Shown: positions 49,399 through 59,792 of the stretch, piece by piece | Layout of the letters: each line of letters starts with the position of its first letter | Position numbering within the stretch: position 1 is the first letter of the stretch | NCBI GenBank assembly: GCA_048885865.1 | Contig: JBHLLF010000001.1 | Coordinates: 1-64,000 of the forward strand | Length of the DNA: 64,000 bases | Reading direction: 5' to 3' | Source: Candidatus Hermodarchaeota archaeon | GTDB lineage: Archaea; Asgardarchaeota; Thorarchaeia; Thorarchaeales; Thorarchaeaceae | Notes under the pieces: generated by a model | Database searches by the model: none | What the model was told of the DNA's origin: nothing | What the model saw: the letters and a program-made list of their open reading frames with translations, nothing else | Translations under genes and position numbers: made by a program

Positions 49399-51738
49399 AT
49401 GAATAGCAGGTTGCAGGCCCTGCGGGACAAAATGGTGGGTACAGTCCCCAGTATTTCAACAGTCAGGACCAAGCTATTTACCGAATCTATGAAGCAGACT
49501 GAGGGTGAACCCGCAGTAGTGCGACAGGCAAAAGCACTTGCCAATGTATTGCAAAACATGCCGATTGAGATTCTTTCCCACGAGCTGGTAGTTGGCAAAA
49601 TAGTCGAGAATGTTCCAGGAGCAACGATCTATCCTGAGGCCCATGGAACGAGAGTGTTTCCAGAGCTAGAGGATTTGCGGACACGCGAACCAAAAGCCTA
49701 CTCGATTTCTGATGATTCCATCAACATGCTAATGAAAGAGGTTCAACCCTATTGGGCTGAGAGGTCTCTTCTCGCACATGTAGAGAAGTCTACTCCTTCA
49801 CATGTCATTGACACTCTTTACTCAGGCGCAGCTTTTGTACTAACTGAGTTGGCTGGTTATGGTCATGTAAGCATTAACTACCCTCTGCTCTTTTCGAAGG
49901 GTTTCGACGAGATAGCGAATGAGTCTCGGGAGCGGCTGAAAGACGAGTCAAGCGACAAGGGCCATTTCTACAAAGCTACCTCCATCGTGGCTGATGCTAT
50001 CGTGGAATACGCGAATAGATATGCGTCACTTGCCCAGCAGCTTTCTACAGAAGAAGCCAACCCTGAGAGAAGATTGGAGCTTGAGAGCATAGCTGAAGCA
50101 TGCAAGCGGGTTCCTGCAAAACCTCCGCGCACCTTGCACGAAGCCATTCAATTCATTAGGTTCACCCACTTAGCACTCAGCTTGGAAACCTATGACGGAC
50201 AGGCACTATCTCTCGGAAGAATAGATCAGTATCTCTATCCTTTCTATAGGACGGATTTAGACTCTGGAGAGTTGGATACTGAAGGTGCACGAGAGCTAAT
50301 TGAGAGCCTGTGGATTAAGCTCAATGAGCAGGTGCCACTGTTCGATGAATTAGTCGCCTTGTATTTTGAAGGTCTTCTCACTACAAAAGCCGCCACTATT
50401 GGAGGGAGGCAACCGAATGGCTCCGATGCCACAAATGAGCTAACCTACCTCGTCTTGGAAGCTACAAAGGGAGTCGCCCTGCCTGTTCCGAATGTACATG
50501 TTCGAATTCATAGTGAGACTCCCGATGCCTTACTTTCAGCTATTGTTTCAACAATTGAGTCGGGAGTCAACAACATTGCTCTGTTCAATGATGATGTCAT
50601 AATCAAGTCAATGGAGAGGAAAGGTGTTTCAAAGGAAGATGCCAGGAATTACGCGACAATTGGCTGTGTAGAGCTTGCACCATTTGGCAATAGCTTCACT
50701 TCATCAGATGCAGCTCTCTTCAACATCGCTTTATGTCTTGAACTTGCGTTGAACAATGGTGAAGCTGTTCATCTAGGTCAGCATCTTGGGACAGAGACCG
50801 GTGATGCAACCCAGTATATTTCAATGGATGAGGTAATTCAAGCATTTAGGAAACAGGTTTCATTTCTTGTTGCACAAATGGCTGAGGGATCGAACTCGTT
50901 CGAAAAAGGGAATATCGACTATAAGCCGACTCCACTGCTTTCGTTGTGTGTAGAGGGATGCTTTGAGAAAGGAGCAGACATCACAACTGGATCTGCGAAG
51001 TACAATTTCACTGGTGTTCAGGGTGTAGGCATGGCCACAGTCGCTGATTCACTTGCAGCTATTGACCAATTGGTATTCATAGAAAAGCGGATGTCAATGG
51101 GCGAACTTGTAAATGGTCTTCGGAAGGGGCTGGAGAAGAATGAGCCTCTCAAGCAGCTACTCCAAAACCGAGGTCCCAAATACGGTAACGATGACGAGTT
51201 GGCAGACGAATATGCAAAGCTTGTTTCTAGAATCTACAGTGAAGAAGTTGAAAGCCACTCCAATGTGAGGGGCGGCTCTTTCATACCAGGAATGTATTCA
51301 GTTTCAACACATGTGCCCTTCGGTTATATGACGGGCGCGCTCCCCAGTGGCAGAGTGGAGGGGGCTCCTCTCAGCAATGGTGCCTCTCCAGCTGTTGGTT
51401 CTACAAGAAAAGGTCCGACTGCTGCCATGACTTCAACTTCGAAAGTTGACTATACGCTGTATCCTAATGGTATCGCATTTACATTGTCTATAGACCCAGC
51501 CATGGTATCGGGAGAGGGCGCTGAGATTCTCACATCGCTGATACGGTCGTACGTGGAATTGGGAGGCATGCAGATCCAATTCAATATGACCGATGTGAAC
51601 ACTCTTCTGAGCGCTCAGAAGAATCCGGATGCTCACCGTGACCTGTTGGTGAGAGTTGCGGGGTATAGCGCGTATTTCACTGACTTGGGCCCAGACTTGC
51701 AGGAAGAAGTGATAGGAAGATTTCAGAGGTCAAGCTAA
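49399..51738 (+). CDS. Glycyl radical enzyme (PFL2/PflD-like), substrate unknown
   Basis: Single-Cys loop GCVE, C-terminal LLVRVAGYS, SLGRIDQYL. Confidence 0.93.
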   Translation: MNSRLQALRDKMVGTVPSISTVRTKLFTESMKQTEGEPAVVRQAKALANVLQNMPIEILSHELVVGKIVENVPGATIYPEAHGTRVFPELEDLRTREPKAYSISDDSINMLMKEVQPYWAERSLLAHVEKSTPSHVIDTLYSGAAFVLTELAGYGHVSINYPLLFSKGFDEIANESRERLKDESSDKGHFYKATSIVADAIVEYANRYASLAQQLSTEEANPERRLELESIAEACKRVPAKPPRTLHEAIQFIRFTHLALSLETYDGQALSLGRIDQYLYPFYRTDLDSGELDTEGARELIESLWIKLNEQVPLFDELVALYFEGLLTTKAATIGGRQPNGSDATNELTYLVLEATKGVALPVPNVHVRIHSETPDALLSAIVSTIESGVNNIALFNDDVIIKSMERKGVSKEDARNYATIGCVELAPFGNSFTSSDAALFNIALCLELALNNGEAVHLGQHLGTETGDATQYISMDEVIQAFRKQVSFLVAQMAEGSNSFEKGNIDYKPTPLLSLCVEGCFEKGADITTGSAKYNFTGVQGVGMATVADSLAAIDQLVFIEKRMSMGELVNGLRKGLEKNEPLKQLLQNRGPKYGNDDELADEYAKLVSRIYSEEVESHSNVRGGSFIPGMYSVSTHVPFGYMTGALPSGRVEGAPLSNGASPAVGSTRKGPTAAMTSTSKVDYTLYPNGIAFTLSIDPAMVSGEGAEILTSLIRSYVELGGMQIQFNMTDVNTLLSAQKNPDAHRDLLVRVAGYSAYFTDLGPDLQEEVIGRFQRSS

Positions 51739-52772
51739 AACCGCTTCCTCCGCATGGGATATGCGCTAAACGGTGCTCTGAGTGACTGACTCACCCAATC
51801 CTTTGCGTCATCAATCCGAGATAGGGAGCGAAGAATGTCAAATGTGATCCATCGAGTTGCCTCAGGGCGAGGCTGATACTCCCAGAGGCCATAGAGTCCC
51901 TGTTGCTGCTCAATCCATTTTATGAGATCCTTCACTCGTTCATCATTCTTATCTGCTCCAATCCTCCAGGATAAATCCAGAATTAGTGCAGGATCGAATC
52001 TTGCGTGGTATGTGAAATGTCCACGATGTTGTTCGAATCCGACTAGACGAGCTACATTTAGGCCTACCGTCTTTCTATCTCTAGTTTCTCTACCTAGGAG
52101 AAGGTCCAATGCGCGCTTTGCTTCGGGACTTGACCTTCTGGAGGGGTGATGAGCAAGAGCGGTAAGGGCGAGGGTTGTATTTGTGCGGCAAGCCCAGTCA
52201 GAGTGAGGCATCCTCCGATAGCCTGCCCTATAGCCCAGGACTTCTCCTACCTTTCCTGTTGGCCACGCCCCATCCTCAAGTCGTTGGTCAATGAGCCACT
52301 CGTAGGCTGGCTCTGCTCTATTATCCGTGGCATAGCCTGCAACTGCGATGCCTATCAATGGAATGGAAGTCTGCAGGGGCACCATGGTATAGACCCCTCC
52401 ATCTAGGCTGCTTCCGTCATATGTCTGAGGAATTGCCCAAGATCCATCTGTCCTCTGCATTGAGAAGATGTATTCAACACCTCGTGTCATAGCGGGATGG
52501 TCACGAGCAAGCCCAATGTAGCCAAGTCTTTGGAGCGCAAATGATGTCGACCGGACTTTTTCCTTGGTTTCAGTGCCTCCAAGGTCAGTGTTTTTCCAAG
52601 AGCCATCACTACCTTGCTTCTTCAGGAGATTCGCTACTGGCGGATCCTGTGCAATTAGCTCATCTAGCTCCATGACTTCAGGGTCGTCATTAGGACGATT
52701 GAGGAGTTCTTTGAGCACAAGTCTTCGTAGACTTGGCGACCTGTCAGCTAGAAGCAGCGGAATCCAAGTCAT
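51735..52772 (-). CDS. Prenyltransferase/squalene-cyclase-repeat (alpha/alpha barrel) protein
   Basis: Repeats Q..DGSW, QRTDGSW, QRLEDGAW, QQGLYGLW; 4-bp overlap with the UvrA-like gene. Confidence 0.75.
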   Translation of the reverse strand: MTWIPLLLADRSPSLRRLVLKELLNRPNDDPEVMELDELIAQDPPVANLLKKQGSDGSWKNTDLGGTETKEKVRSTSFALQRLGYIGLARDHPAMTRGVEYIFSMQRTDGSWAIPQTYDGSSLDGGVYTMVPLQTSIPLIGIAVAGYATDNRAEPAYEWLIDQRLEDGAWPTGKVGEVLGYRAGYRRMPHSDWACRTNTTLALTALAHHPSRRSSPEAKRALDLLLGRETRDRKTVGLNVARLVGFEQHRGHFTYHARFDPALILDLSWRIGADKNDERVKDLIKWIEQQQGLYGLWEYQPRPEATRWITFDILRSLSRIDDAKDWVSQSLRAPFSAYPMRRKRF

Positions 52773-55700
52773 GATGCTCCCTCCAAAACCGCTCTCAAGT
52801 AGGGTGCAGTAGGTGTATCCATAGCTGCAACCTCCCTAGGAGTCCCATTGGCTATCACCCTGCCACCTTTCGGTCCTCCAACAGGACCTAGTTCCAATAG
52901 CCAATCACAAGCCGCTAGGACGTTTGGATGATGTTCTATAACAATAACCGTGTTGCCTTCCGAAACAAGCCGCTGCAATACGCCAACGAGACGGTCAACA
53001 TCTTCCAAGTGCTGGCCAACGGTAGGCTCATCTATGATAAAGAGGGTTGAAGACGAGTTCTTTTTGGAGAGTTCCTGTGCTATCTTGAGCCTCTGTATTT
53101 CCCCGCCTGAAAGTGTCACACTTGGTTGTCTGAGAACCAAGTAATCCAGCCCAACCTCTAGTGCGGTTTCCAATTTCCTTGATACCCTGTCATCATCTTT
53201 GAACAACTTGTAGAGCTGACCTAGAGTCATGTCGTTGAGTTCAGGCAATGAGATTCCCTTGACTCTAACATCCCATGCCTCTGGAGACCTCCCGGTCCCT
53301 TTACAAGTTTCACAGGGTGCAAATACATCTGGAAGGAATCCCATCTCAGTCCTAATTCGCCCTTGACCTTCGCATACTGTACACGGCGTGCTGAGGCTCT
53401 TGTAATCTAACCCCAATGCTTCTGCATCCTCGCTCTCGGCATATATCTGAACAAGGGGCTTGAATAGGTCAAGAGCATATCCAGGACTCCGAATGCCCTT
53501 CCGCCCTTGGTCTAGCATCACAACTCTCTCTGGACTCCCTGTAATCGATTCGTGTTCTCCTGGCTCAAGTGGTACATATGATACGCTGGTTGTGAATTTC
53601 GTCGGTGCAAGAGCCCTTCCTATGGTGTCTATCATCAATGTGCTCTTTCCAGAGCCAGAAGTTCCGCATATTCCAATAAGCAAGCCTATGGGGAACTCTA
53701 TTGTGAGGTTCTTGAGATTGTTTGCTTTAGCTCCCTTGATTTTCATCCAAGCAATTGGTTTTCGAGTCTCATCGGTAATAGAAGGCGTCCTGTCACCTCG
53801 GAGCCATCTCGCTGTAATTGTATCCGCCTTCATCAATTCAGGGAGTGTTCCACTAGCGACTATTTTTCCGCCTGATTCACCTGATTTAGGTCCCATGTCA
53901 ACCAAGATGTCTGCAGCTTTTATGACACCTAGGTCATGTTCTACGACGATTACCGAGTGCCCCTCATCCCGGAGTTCTTGCAGAGCATCAACAAGTGCAT
54001 CTACCTCAGATGGATGCATTCCTCGCGTTGGTTCGTCGAGTAGGACAGTCAGGGATGTGAGGCCGCTGCCCAGCAATGATGAGAGAATCACTCTTTGAGA
54101 CTCACCAGCGGAGAGTGTGTTTGCCTCTCGATTAAGGTGAAGATATCCAAGACCTACCTTCTCCAGAAAGCCAAGCCTCTTGATTATCTTCTCAAGGCTA
54201 CTTCTGGCAATCTCACCCTTCTTCGTTAACTTGATGGCTCCAAGAATCCGTTTCAGTTCGGAAATGGGAAGTCCATTCAGTTCGTTAATGCTATGGCCTC
54301 TCAACTTGATCTTGCGGTACTTCTGACGTAGGCCGCTCCCATCACACGCTTCACAGTGTTCTCTTCTTGTATATGTACCACCAACATCCCAGTCGCTAAC
54401 CCAACGATAGAAACCACTCCAATGCCCCTTCGAATTAACCTCCAGACGTTTTCCTCTGCGGGTTCCCATGTACGTGATGTCAAGGGGCTCTGGATTGGGA
54501 TCCCCATACAGGAAGACATTTTGCACATGTTCCGGGATCTTATTCCAAGGTGTCTTTTTGGGGTCAAATCCGTATCGTTCCCCAAGAGCATCGAGCGCGC
54601 CTCCAGCCCAGCTTGTTGGTGTGCAGAAGTAGCCTCTTGGGAAGTAGCCTGGAGAGTACATTGCTCCAGCACAGATGGGCTTGTCAGGATGGATTATTAG
54701 CTTCTCAGGAATTGGCACTTGGCGATGCCCAACGCCGCTGCAAGTCACGCAAGCGGATGTGTATGTTCTCGAGGAGAAATCTCTTGGCCTCAACAAAGGG
54801 ACTTGCGTTCCACAGGCAGGACATTCCAATGTTTCTCCTCGTTTCATTATCCTGCCGCAATTCTCACAAGGAACTTTCCCAATTGTGGCAAACAATGCTG
54901 CAAGATGATTGGATACCTCAGTCACAATTCCGATGGTTGTTCTAACTGCGTACACTGACCACCATCCCGCACCTCTTCGTCGACGAGATGTGATAGAGAT
55001 AGTGACGCCAAGTCCGCTGACTGATTCAACGGGCGCCTCAGGGCCCTCCTTTAGTCCTTGCCTCTCATATAGCGACAAGGATTCGTAATACCTCCGCTCT
55101 GCCTCCGCCTGCAGAACATCTCTGACCAATGAGCTCTTTCCGGAACCTGAAGGACCAGTCACAACAGCGAATTTTCCCTTGGGAATGTCCAAACTGACAT
55201 CCTTCAGGTTGTTTGCAGAGGCCTTCTTCACTCTGATGTAGTCCGACACGCGACTGCTCTTTTCAGGAGTTGATCTTGGTGTTAGCCTACGCTCATCTCC
55301 TAGTGCTTTTGCGGTCAATGATGTCTTGACCTTGCCGAGTTCCTCTGGTGCACCTTCAAACAGCAACTCTCCACCATCTGGACCTGCACCAATTCCAAGA
55401 TCAATGACCCAGTCGGCGAAACGGACAATATCCAGATTGTGTTCAACGACAACAATCGTGGCACCAGCATCAACGAGAGTACCGAGAACACTTAGAAGAC
55501 CATGAAGGTCTGCAGCTGAGAGACCGGTCGAAGGCTCATCAAGGATTAACAGGTTCTCTGAGAGTCCTCTCTTTCCCAGGAACTTCGCTAACTTCACTCT
55601 TTGTGATTCGCCGCCTGAGAGTTGGGGAGATGGTTGTCCAAGCTTTAGGTATCCAAGTCCAATTGTGACAAGCGCTCCAAGAATCCTCTTTGCTGAACGT

Positions 55701-57661
55701 TTCTTGTTTTGTGGGAGTCGTTCGTCTTGAGCCAGGAGCTGTTGTACTTCCCGGATCGAGAGCTGATAGAAGTCAGCTATTGTCAGAACCTTGCTACCAA
55801 AATTCACTTTGGTTTCAAGGACTTCAGGATTGAAACGTTTGCCTTCGCACGCCGAGCAAGTGATCCAAATGGAAGGAAGATAACGCATCTTGACTTCTAC
55901 AGCGCCCATCCCCTTGCATGCTGGACACATACCTTCAGGTCTGTTGAATGAGAAGTGTGATGCCGATAGCTCGGATTCAGATGCATAGAGGTCTCTCACG
56001 ATGTCTGACAATTTTGTGTACGTCGCTGGGTTTGACCTAGGATTTCGTCCTACGGGCTTCTGATCCACAAGAACGGGTTTTAGCTTCTCACCAACAATCT
56101 CAGCGCATCCAACAGGCTCTTTCTGTTCTAGAGATGGAACAAGTACATGTTCCACAAGGGTGCTCTTCCCTGAGCCAGACACACCCGAAATGACGGTCAA
56201 GCGTTCTAGTGGGATGCGGACATCAATACCCTTGAGATTATGCTTGGTTGCGTTCCTAATAGTGAGGAACCTACTCGGGGGAGTCCGCTCGCGCCTAATT
56301 GGAACACTCTCATGCAGACTGAAGTACCTCCCCGTTGTAGTGTTCGCCTCCCACAATTCTGCAGGCGTGCCTTTGAATATTATCTCGCCGCCGTTCTCGC
56401 CCGCTGCTGGACCTATGTCTATTGCTCGATCCGCCTCAGCGGCCGCTAATCGGTCATGTTCAACATAAATGACAGGACCAGGAAGTTCTCTGAATGCTGG
56501 AAGAAGTCTCTTGATATCAGCAGCGCTCTGCCCTATAGTTGGCTCATCTAAAAGGTGCACTACATCTTCCAATCTGTTGGTCAGCGATATAGCCAAACGA
56601 ACTCTTTGACTCTCACCTCGAGAAAGACTAGGAGCCGGTCGATTTAGCTGTATGTAGCCGAGTCCCACTCTAAGGAGAGCATCGAGTCTTTTCACAATCT
56701 CAAGCTTTAGTCTATTGGCAGTCGATGGCAAAACAGCATTCCTGAAAACCTTCCTAGCCTCATCGACCGTGAGCGCCATCAGTTCGCCGAAACCGTGACC
56801 CTCCCATTTGACCATGGCAGCCTCAGAGTGCATTCCAGTGTAATGGCACACTTCACATCCTTCACCGCCACATTCAGTACACTTCATTCGGAAGTGCTTT
56901 GGCTCTAGTTCTTCAATCCACTTGCCACATTCACTGCACTCACCAGTTCTAGAGAGTCCAATTTCCCCAGCTTTTGACCGAATAGCAACTGAATTTGCGC
57001 CAAGAGCTGAGGCAATCTCTACGCTCTCACGAATCTGTTTTCTCGTTGCTTTTCCAGTGTATCTCCCTATAATGACCGATACATCATGCTCCAGTGAAGG
57101 ATCCAACGCTTGCCTTTTCCATGGTTTGCCGTCAACTAGCAATGATTCTGCGCCAAACTCCTTTTCAAGGAGACTCAACAGAGTGGAGTGTCCGCCTACA
57201 ACTCGTCTCATCAAGGGCGCGGTGAGAATAATCCCTTCTTTCTTTGCTAGTTTCTGAATTCTCTCAACCATCTCGTCTTCTGTCATCCTCGATAGTGATG
57301 CTCCACACTGAGCACAGAATCTGGTTCCGAATCTCGTGTACAGCAGCCTTAGGAATGGATGAATTCCTGAAGCAGATGCCAACGTGGAAAGCGGATTTCG
57401 ATTCAACAGATTCTGCCCAACTGCCACAGTCGGACCAATGCCAGTGATTGAATCAACATTTGCTGGTGCAAGTCGCACTGTGGAGCGACCGGCATTAAAC
57501 ACCTCAAGAAATCTCCGACGAGCCTCGTGATACATTGTGTCGAAAACAAGAGATGTTTTCCCTGATCCACTGATCCCGGTAACTACCGTCAAGCCGTCGC
57601 CTATATCAACACTCACATCTTTGAGGTTGTTCTCTCGGGCTCGCCGGATTCTAATGTCCAT
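52769..57661 (-). CDS. Tandem-fused double UvrA-like ABC ATPase (4 NBDs)
   Basis: Four Walker A motifs (GISGSGKT, GVSGSGKS, GPSGSGKS, GTSGSGKS), four LS.GE.QR, four DEP, several CxxC Zn pairs. Confidence 0.9.
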   Translation of the reverse strand: MDIRIRRARENNLKDVSVDIGDGLTVVTGISGSGKTSLVFDTMYHEARRRFLEVFNAGRSTVRLAPANVDSITGIGPTVAVGQNLLNRNPLSTLASASGIHPFLRLLYTRFGTRFCAQCGASLSRMTEDEMVERIQKLAKKEGIILTAPLMRRVVGGHSTLLSLLEKEFGAESLLVDGKPWKRQALDPSLEHDVSVIIGRYTGKATRKQIRESVEIASALGANSVAIRSKAGEIGLSRTGECSECGKWIEELEPKHFRMKCTECGGEGCEVCHYTGMHSEAAMVKWEGHGFGELMALTVDEARKVFRNAVLPSTANRLKLEIVKRLDALLRVGLGYIQLNRPAPSLSRGESQRVRLAISLTNRLEDVVHLLDEPTIGQSAADIKRLLPAFRELPGPVIYVEHDRLAAAEADRAIDIGPAAGENGGEIIFKGTPAELWEANTTTGRYFSLHESVPIRRERTPPSRFLTIRNATKHNLKGIDVRIPLERLTVISGVSGSGKSTLVEHVLVPSLEQKEPVGCAEIVGEKLKPVLVDQKPVGRNPRSNPATYTKLSDIVRDLYASESELSASHFSFNRPEGMCPACKGMGAVEVKMRYLPSIWITCSACEGKRFNPEVLETKVNFGSKVLTIADFYQLSIREVQQLLAQDERLPQNKKRSAKRILGALVTIGLGYLKLGQPSPQLSGGESQRVKLAKFLGKRGLSENLLILDEPSTGLSAADLHGLLSVLGTLVDAGATIVVVEHNLDIVRFADWVIDLGIGAGPDGGELLFEGAPEELGKVKTSLTAKALGDERRLTPRSTPEKSSRVSDYIRVKKASANNLKDVSLDIPKGKFAVVTGPSGSGKSSLVRDVLQAEAERRYYESLSLYERQGLKEGPEAPVESVSGLGVTISITSRRRRGAGWWSVYAVRTTIGIVTEVSNHLAALFATIGKVPCENCGRIMKRGETLECPACGTQVPLLRPRDFSSRTYTSACVTCSGVGHRQVPIPEKLIIHPDKPICAGAMYSPGYFPRGYFCTPTSWAGGALDALGERYGFDPKKTPWNKIPEHVQNVFLYGDPNPEPLDITYMGTRRGKRLEVNSKGHWSGFYRWVSDWDVGGTYTRREHCEACDGSGLRQKYRKIKLRGHSINELNGLPISELKRILGAIKLTKKGEIARSSLEKIIKRLGFLEKVGLGYLHLNREANTLSAGESQRVILSSLLGSGLTSLTVLLDEPTRGMHPSEVDALVDALQELRDEGHSVIVVEHDLGVIKAADILVDMGPKSGESGGKIVASGTLPELMKADTITARWLRGDRTPSITDETRKPIAWMKIKGAKANNLKNLTIEFPIGLLIGICGTSGSGKSTLMIDTIGRALAPTKFTTSVSYVPLEPGEHESITGSPERVVMLDQGRKGIRSPGYALDLFKPLVQIYAESEDAEALGLDYKSLSTPCTVCEGQGRIRTEMGFLPDVFAPCETCKGTGRSPEAWDVRVKGISLPELNDMTLGQLYKLFKDDDRVSRKLETALEVGLDYLVLRQPSVTLSGGEIQRLKIAQELSKKNSSSTLFIIDEPTVGQHLEDVDRLVGVLQRLVSEGNTVIVIEHHPNVLAACDWLLELGPVGGPKGGRVIANGTPREVAAMDTPTAPYLRAVLEGAS

Positions 57662-57781
57662 AACTTGACACCATTGTCTAGTTCATTGCGGGATGACTGG
57701 CTTATATCCTATGATTTGTTTTACTCTCTCAGTTTCTCCGAGTTCAGCAATGCCATGTGAGGGAATTTGGTTCAGCAATCT

Positions 57782-58996
57782 CTACACCCTCTCTGCGAGT
57801 GCATTCATCGTTCTGGTTTCTTTTTCGCTGATTTGCTTTAGAAGATCGCAGACTGGCTTGATGAACTCGGAATACTCTGATATCTCATTCTTTGCAGCTT
57901 CGTCCATCAGACTTGGCACCTTATCGGCCTTCTCTCGGACTTTGTCCAACATCTTCAATCCTTTTTTCTCAAGTATCTCATTGTTCGACCACTGAATCTC
58001 CCTCAATTCAGCTAGAGCAGGATATTCATCAGGCAGAAGCCCATTCGCTACCTCTCTCCACATCTTCACTATTTCCCTGAACTCCTGTGCTGCTCTTAAC
58101 ATTGGATCACTATTCATGAGTTCACCAGCCTCCTGCAGGAAGTCAGAGTATATCTGGCGGAAAATCGCCCCACCGGACCCTCCAGTTTCAATGTAGACAA
58201 AGTGCATTACAAGTGCATGGACAAGGTCTCTTGGATTTGGAAACATCTTTGGATATTTGACTAGTTCCTTACTCCATCTCACAATTCCCTTCACTCCGAC
58301 GTTGGAGATTGGAGGATTGAGCAGTGCATCTGCATTCTCTCGGATTGCATCGGGGATTATGTTCTCAAGAGGAGTAAGAGTTTCTGGAAAGGAAAAGCGC
58401 ACCATTTGGTTCATTGCTGGAAAGGGAGGAAATTCCGATGCTCGTGCTTTCTGCAATTGAGTTAGAGCCATCTTGGCTGCTCCATGAAACCTGTCTGAAA
58501 TGTAAGCTTCATCTTTCGATTCATCAATCCCATAAACAAGGAAATTGTGCTCACCAAAATGGTCGTCTTCGCCAGTCAATAGATGGTCAAGATAAGCCAT
58601 ATCAACACAGACCAAGCCCGGTTGATTCTCCTTGAGGGTTTCTTTGAGAAAGATATGCGCCTTCTTCACGCTCTTGGTCAAGATTGACTCAAAGTCCCCT
58701 CCCAATCGCCTTGCAGCCTTTCCAAGAATGCCTGGAAACTTCCTGCAGTCCGACCTGTTCATTCCTCCGACAATGGGATATGGCATCATCTTCATGAACC
58801 AATAGATGAATCCCATTCCCGCTGAAATTCCAACAAGCATTGGTTCACTGATTCCGTGTCCAAGATGACTCATCAATCGGACCATGGAACTCGTCTGGCA
58901 GTTCTTGCCATCCCCAAAGTGCTTGAAATCAAGGACTATTCGTTCATCTCCAATGCCAGCCGGTTTGAACTCCTTCTTCTTGCTCATACCACTCAC
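57782..58996 (-). CDS. BtrH N-terminal/DUF4872 protein (papain-like Cys-His)
   Basis: G.NCQTS, SEPML.G..G.GF.Y, VDM.YL, HFGEH, GSGG..FR..Y..FL. Confidence 0.8.
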   Translation of the reverse strand: MSGMSKKKEFKPAGIGDERIVLDFKHFGDGKNCQTSSMVRLMSHLGHGISEPMLVGISAGMGFIYWFMKMMPYPIVGGMNRSDCRKFPGILGKAARRLGGDFESILTKSVKKAHIFLKETLKENQPGLVCVDMAYLDHLLTGEDDHFGEHNFLVYGIDESKDEAYISDRFHGAAKMALTQLQKARASEFPPFPAMNQMVRFSFPETLTPLENIIPDAIRENADALLNPPISNVGVKGIVRWSKELVKYPKMFPNPRDLVHALVMHFVYIETGGSGGAIFRQIYSDFLQEAGELMNSDPMLRAAQEFREIVKMWREVANGLLPDEYPALAELREIQWSNNEILEKKGLKMLDKVREKADKVPSLMDEAAKNEISEYSEFIKPVCDLLKQISEKETRTMNALAERV

Positions 58997-59667
58997 CTAC
59001 CATCTTTTTGAAATAGAAATCCTGCTTCACCTTTCTCTATTTTAGGCAACAGATCTTCAAGCCACTTCTTCTCACATTTCAGTCTAACATAGGGTCTCTC
59101 GAACAAAGCCAGAACTACTCCCAAATGAGCATCGGTCGGTATCTCAGAAGCTTTCACGCCTCCCACGATGCGCTCAGGATCAACTTCACGTATCTTGTCA
59201 ATGTTCTTGAGGGAGTCAGTATGGCTTCCGAGGAACCGAATCTGCTCATCAAGATTATTCAATCTCTTCTTGAGCGAATCCACGGCCTCATCTCTTGTCA
59301 ATTGAGAGATGGCTGACATTCCCAAGTCAAAGAGACTGTTTGCTTTTGGTGGATTAACAATGCATTGCACAATCTGTTTTCGAAGCATCCTTGAGCCTCT
59401 TCTTGTAAGTAAGTAGGTCTTCTTGGATGGCTGCTTTTTTTCATCAGATTTCTGCCCTCGTATCAATTCCATCCCTTCCAACTCCTTCAAAGCTTTGTAG
59501 ATTGATGAGAACTTGATGTCCACCCAATTTCTATATCCACGTTCTTCGAGGATTTGGTTTATCTCATACCCGTATTTTGCTCCAGCTCCAATGAGGGACA
59601 GGACTGCAAGATATGTAGAGGGTAAAAGCTCAATTTGCTTCTTATTCTGGAGTTTCAATTTGGCCAT
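58993..59667 (-). CDS. PadR-family regulator
   Basis: YGYEI, SIY.AL..LE, K.Y.LT..G. Confidence 0.9.
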   Translation of the reverse strand: MAKLKLQNKKQIELLPSTYLAVLSLIGAGAKYGYEINQILEERGYRNWVDIKFSSIYKALKELEGMELIRGQKSDEKKQPSKKTYLLTRRGSRMLRKQIVQCIVNPPKANSLFDLGMSAISQLTRDEAVDSLKKRLNNLDEQIRFLGSHTDSLKNIDKIREVDPERIVGGVKASEIPTDAHLGVVLALFERPYVRLKCEKKWLEDLLPKIEKGEAGFLFQKDGR

Positions 59668-59685
59668 TCTATCAGCTCTTGATAG

Positions 59686-59727
59686 TATTCTACCAGTATA
59701 ATAACATATATTCTACTGGCATAATAA
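59686..59727. promoter_or_regulatory. Two tandem imperfect palindromes, candidate PadR operators
   Basis: tattctaccagtataataa at 59686 and tattctactggcataataa at 59709, next to tatttaa. Confidence 0.6.
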
Positions 59728-59792
59728 TATTTAAGCTTTCTTCCCGGCGCTGATATGAAGCTTGATATGCATCCTTATTCGAAGGGAGTTTT

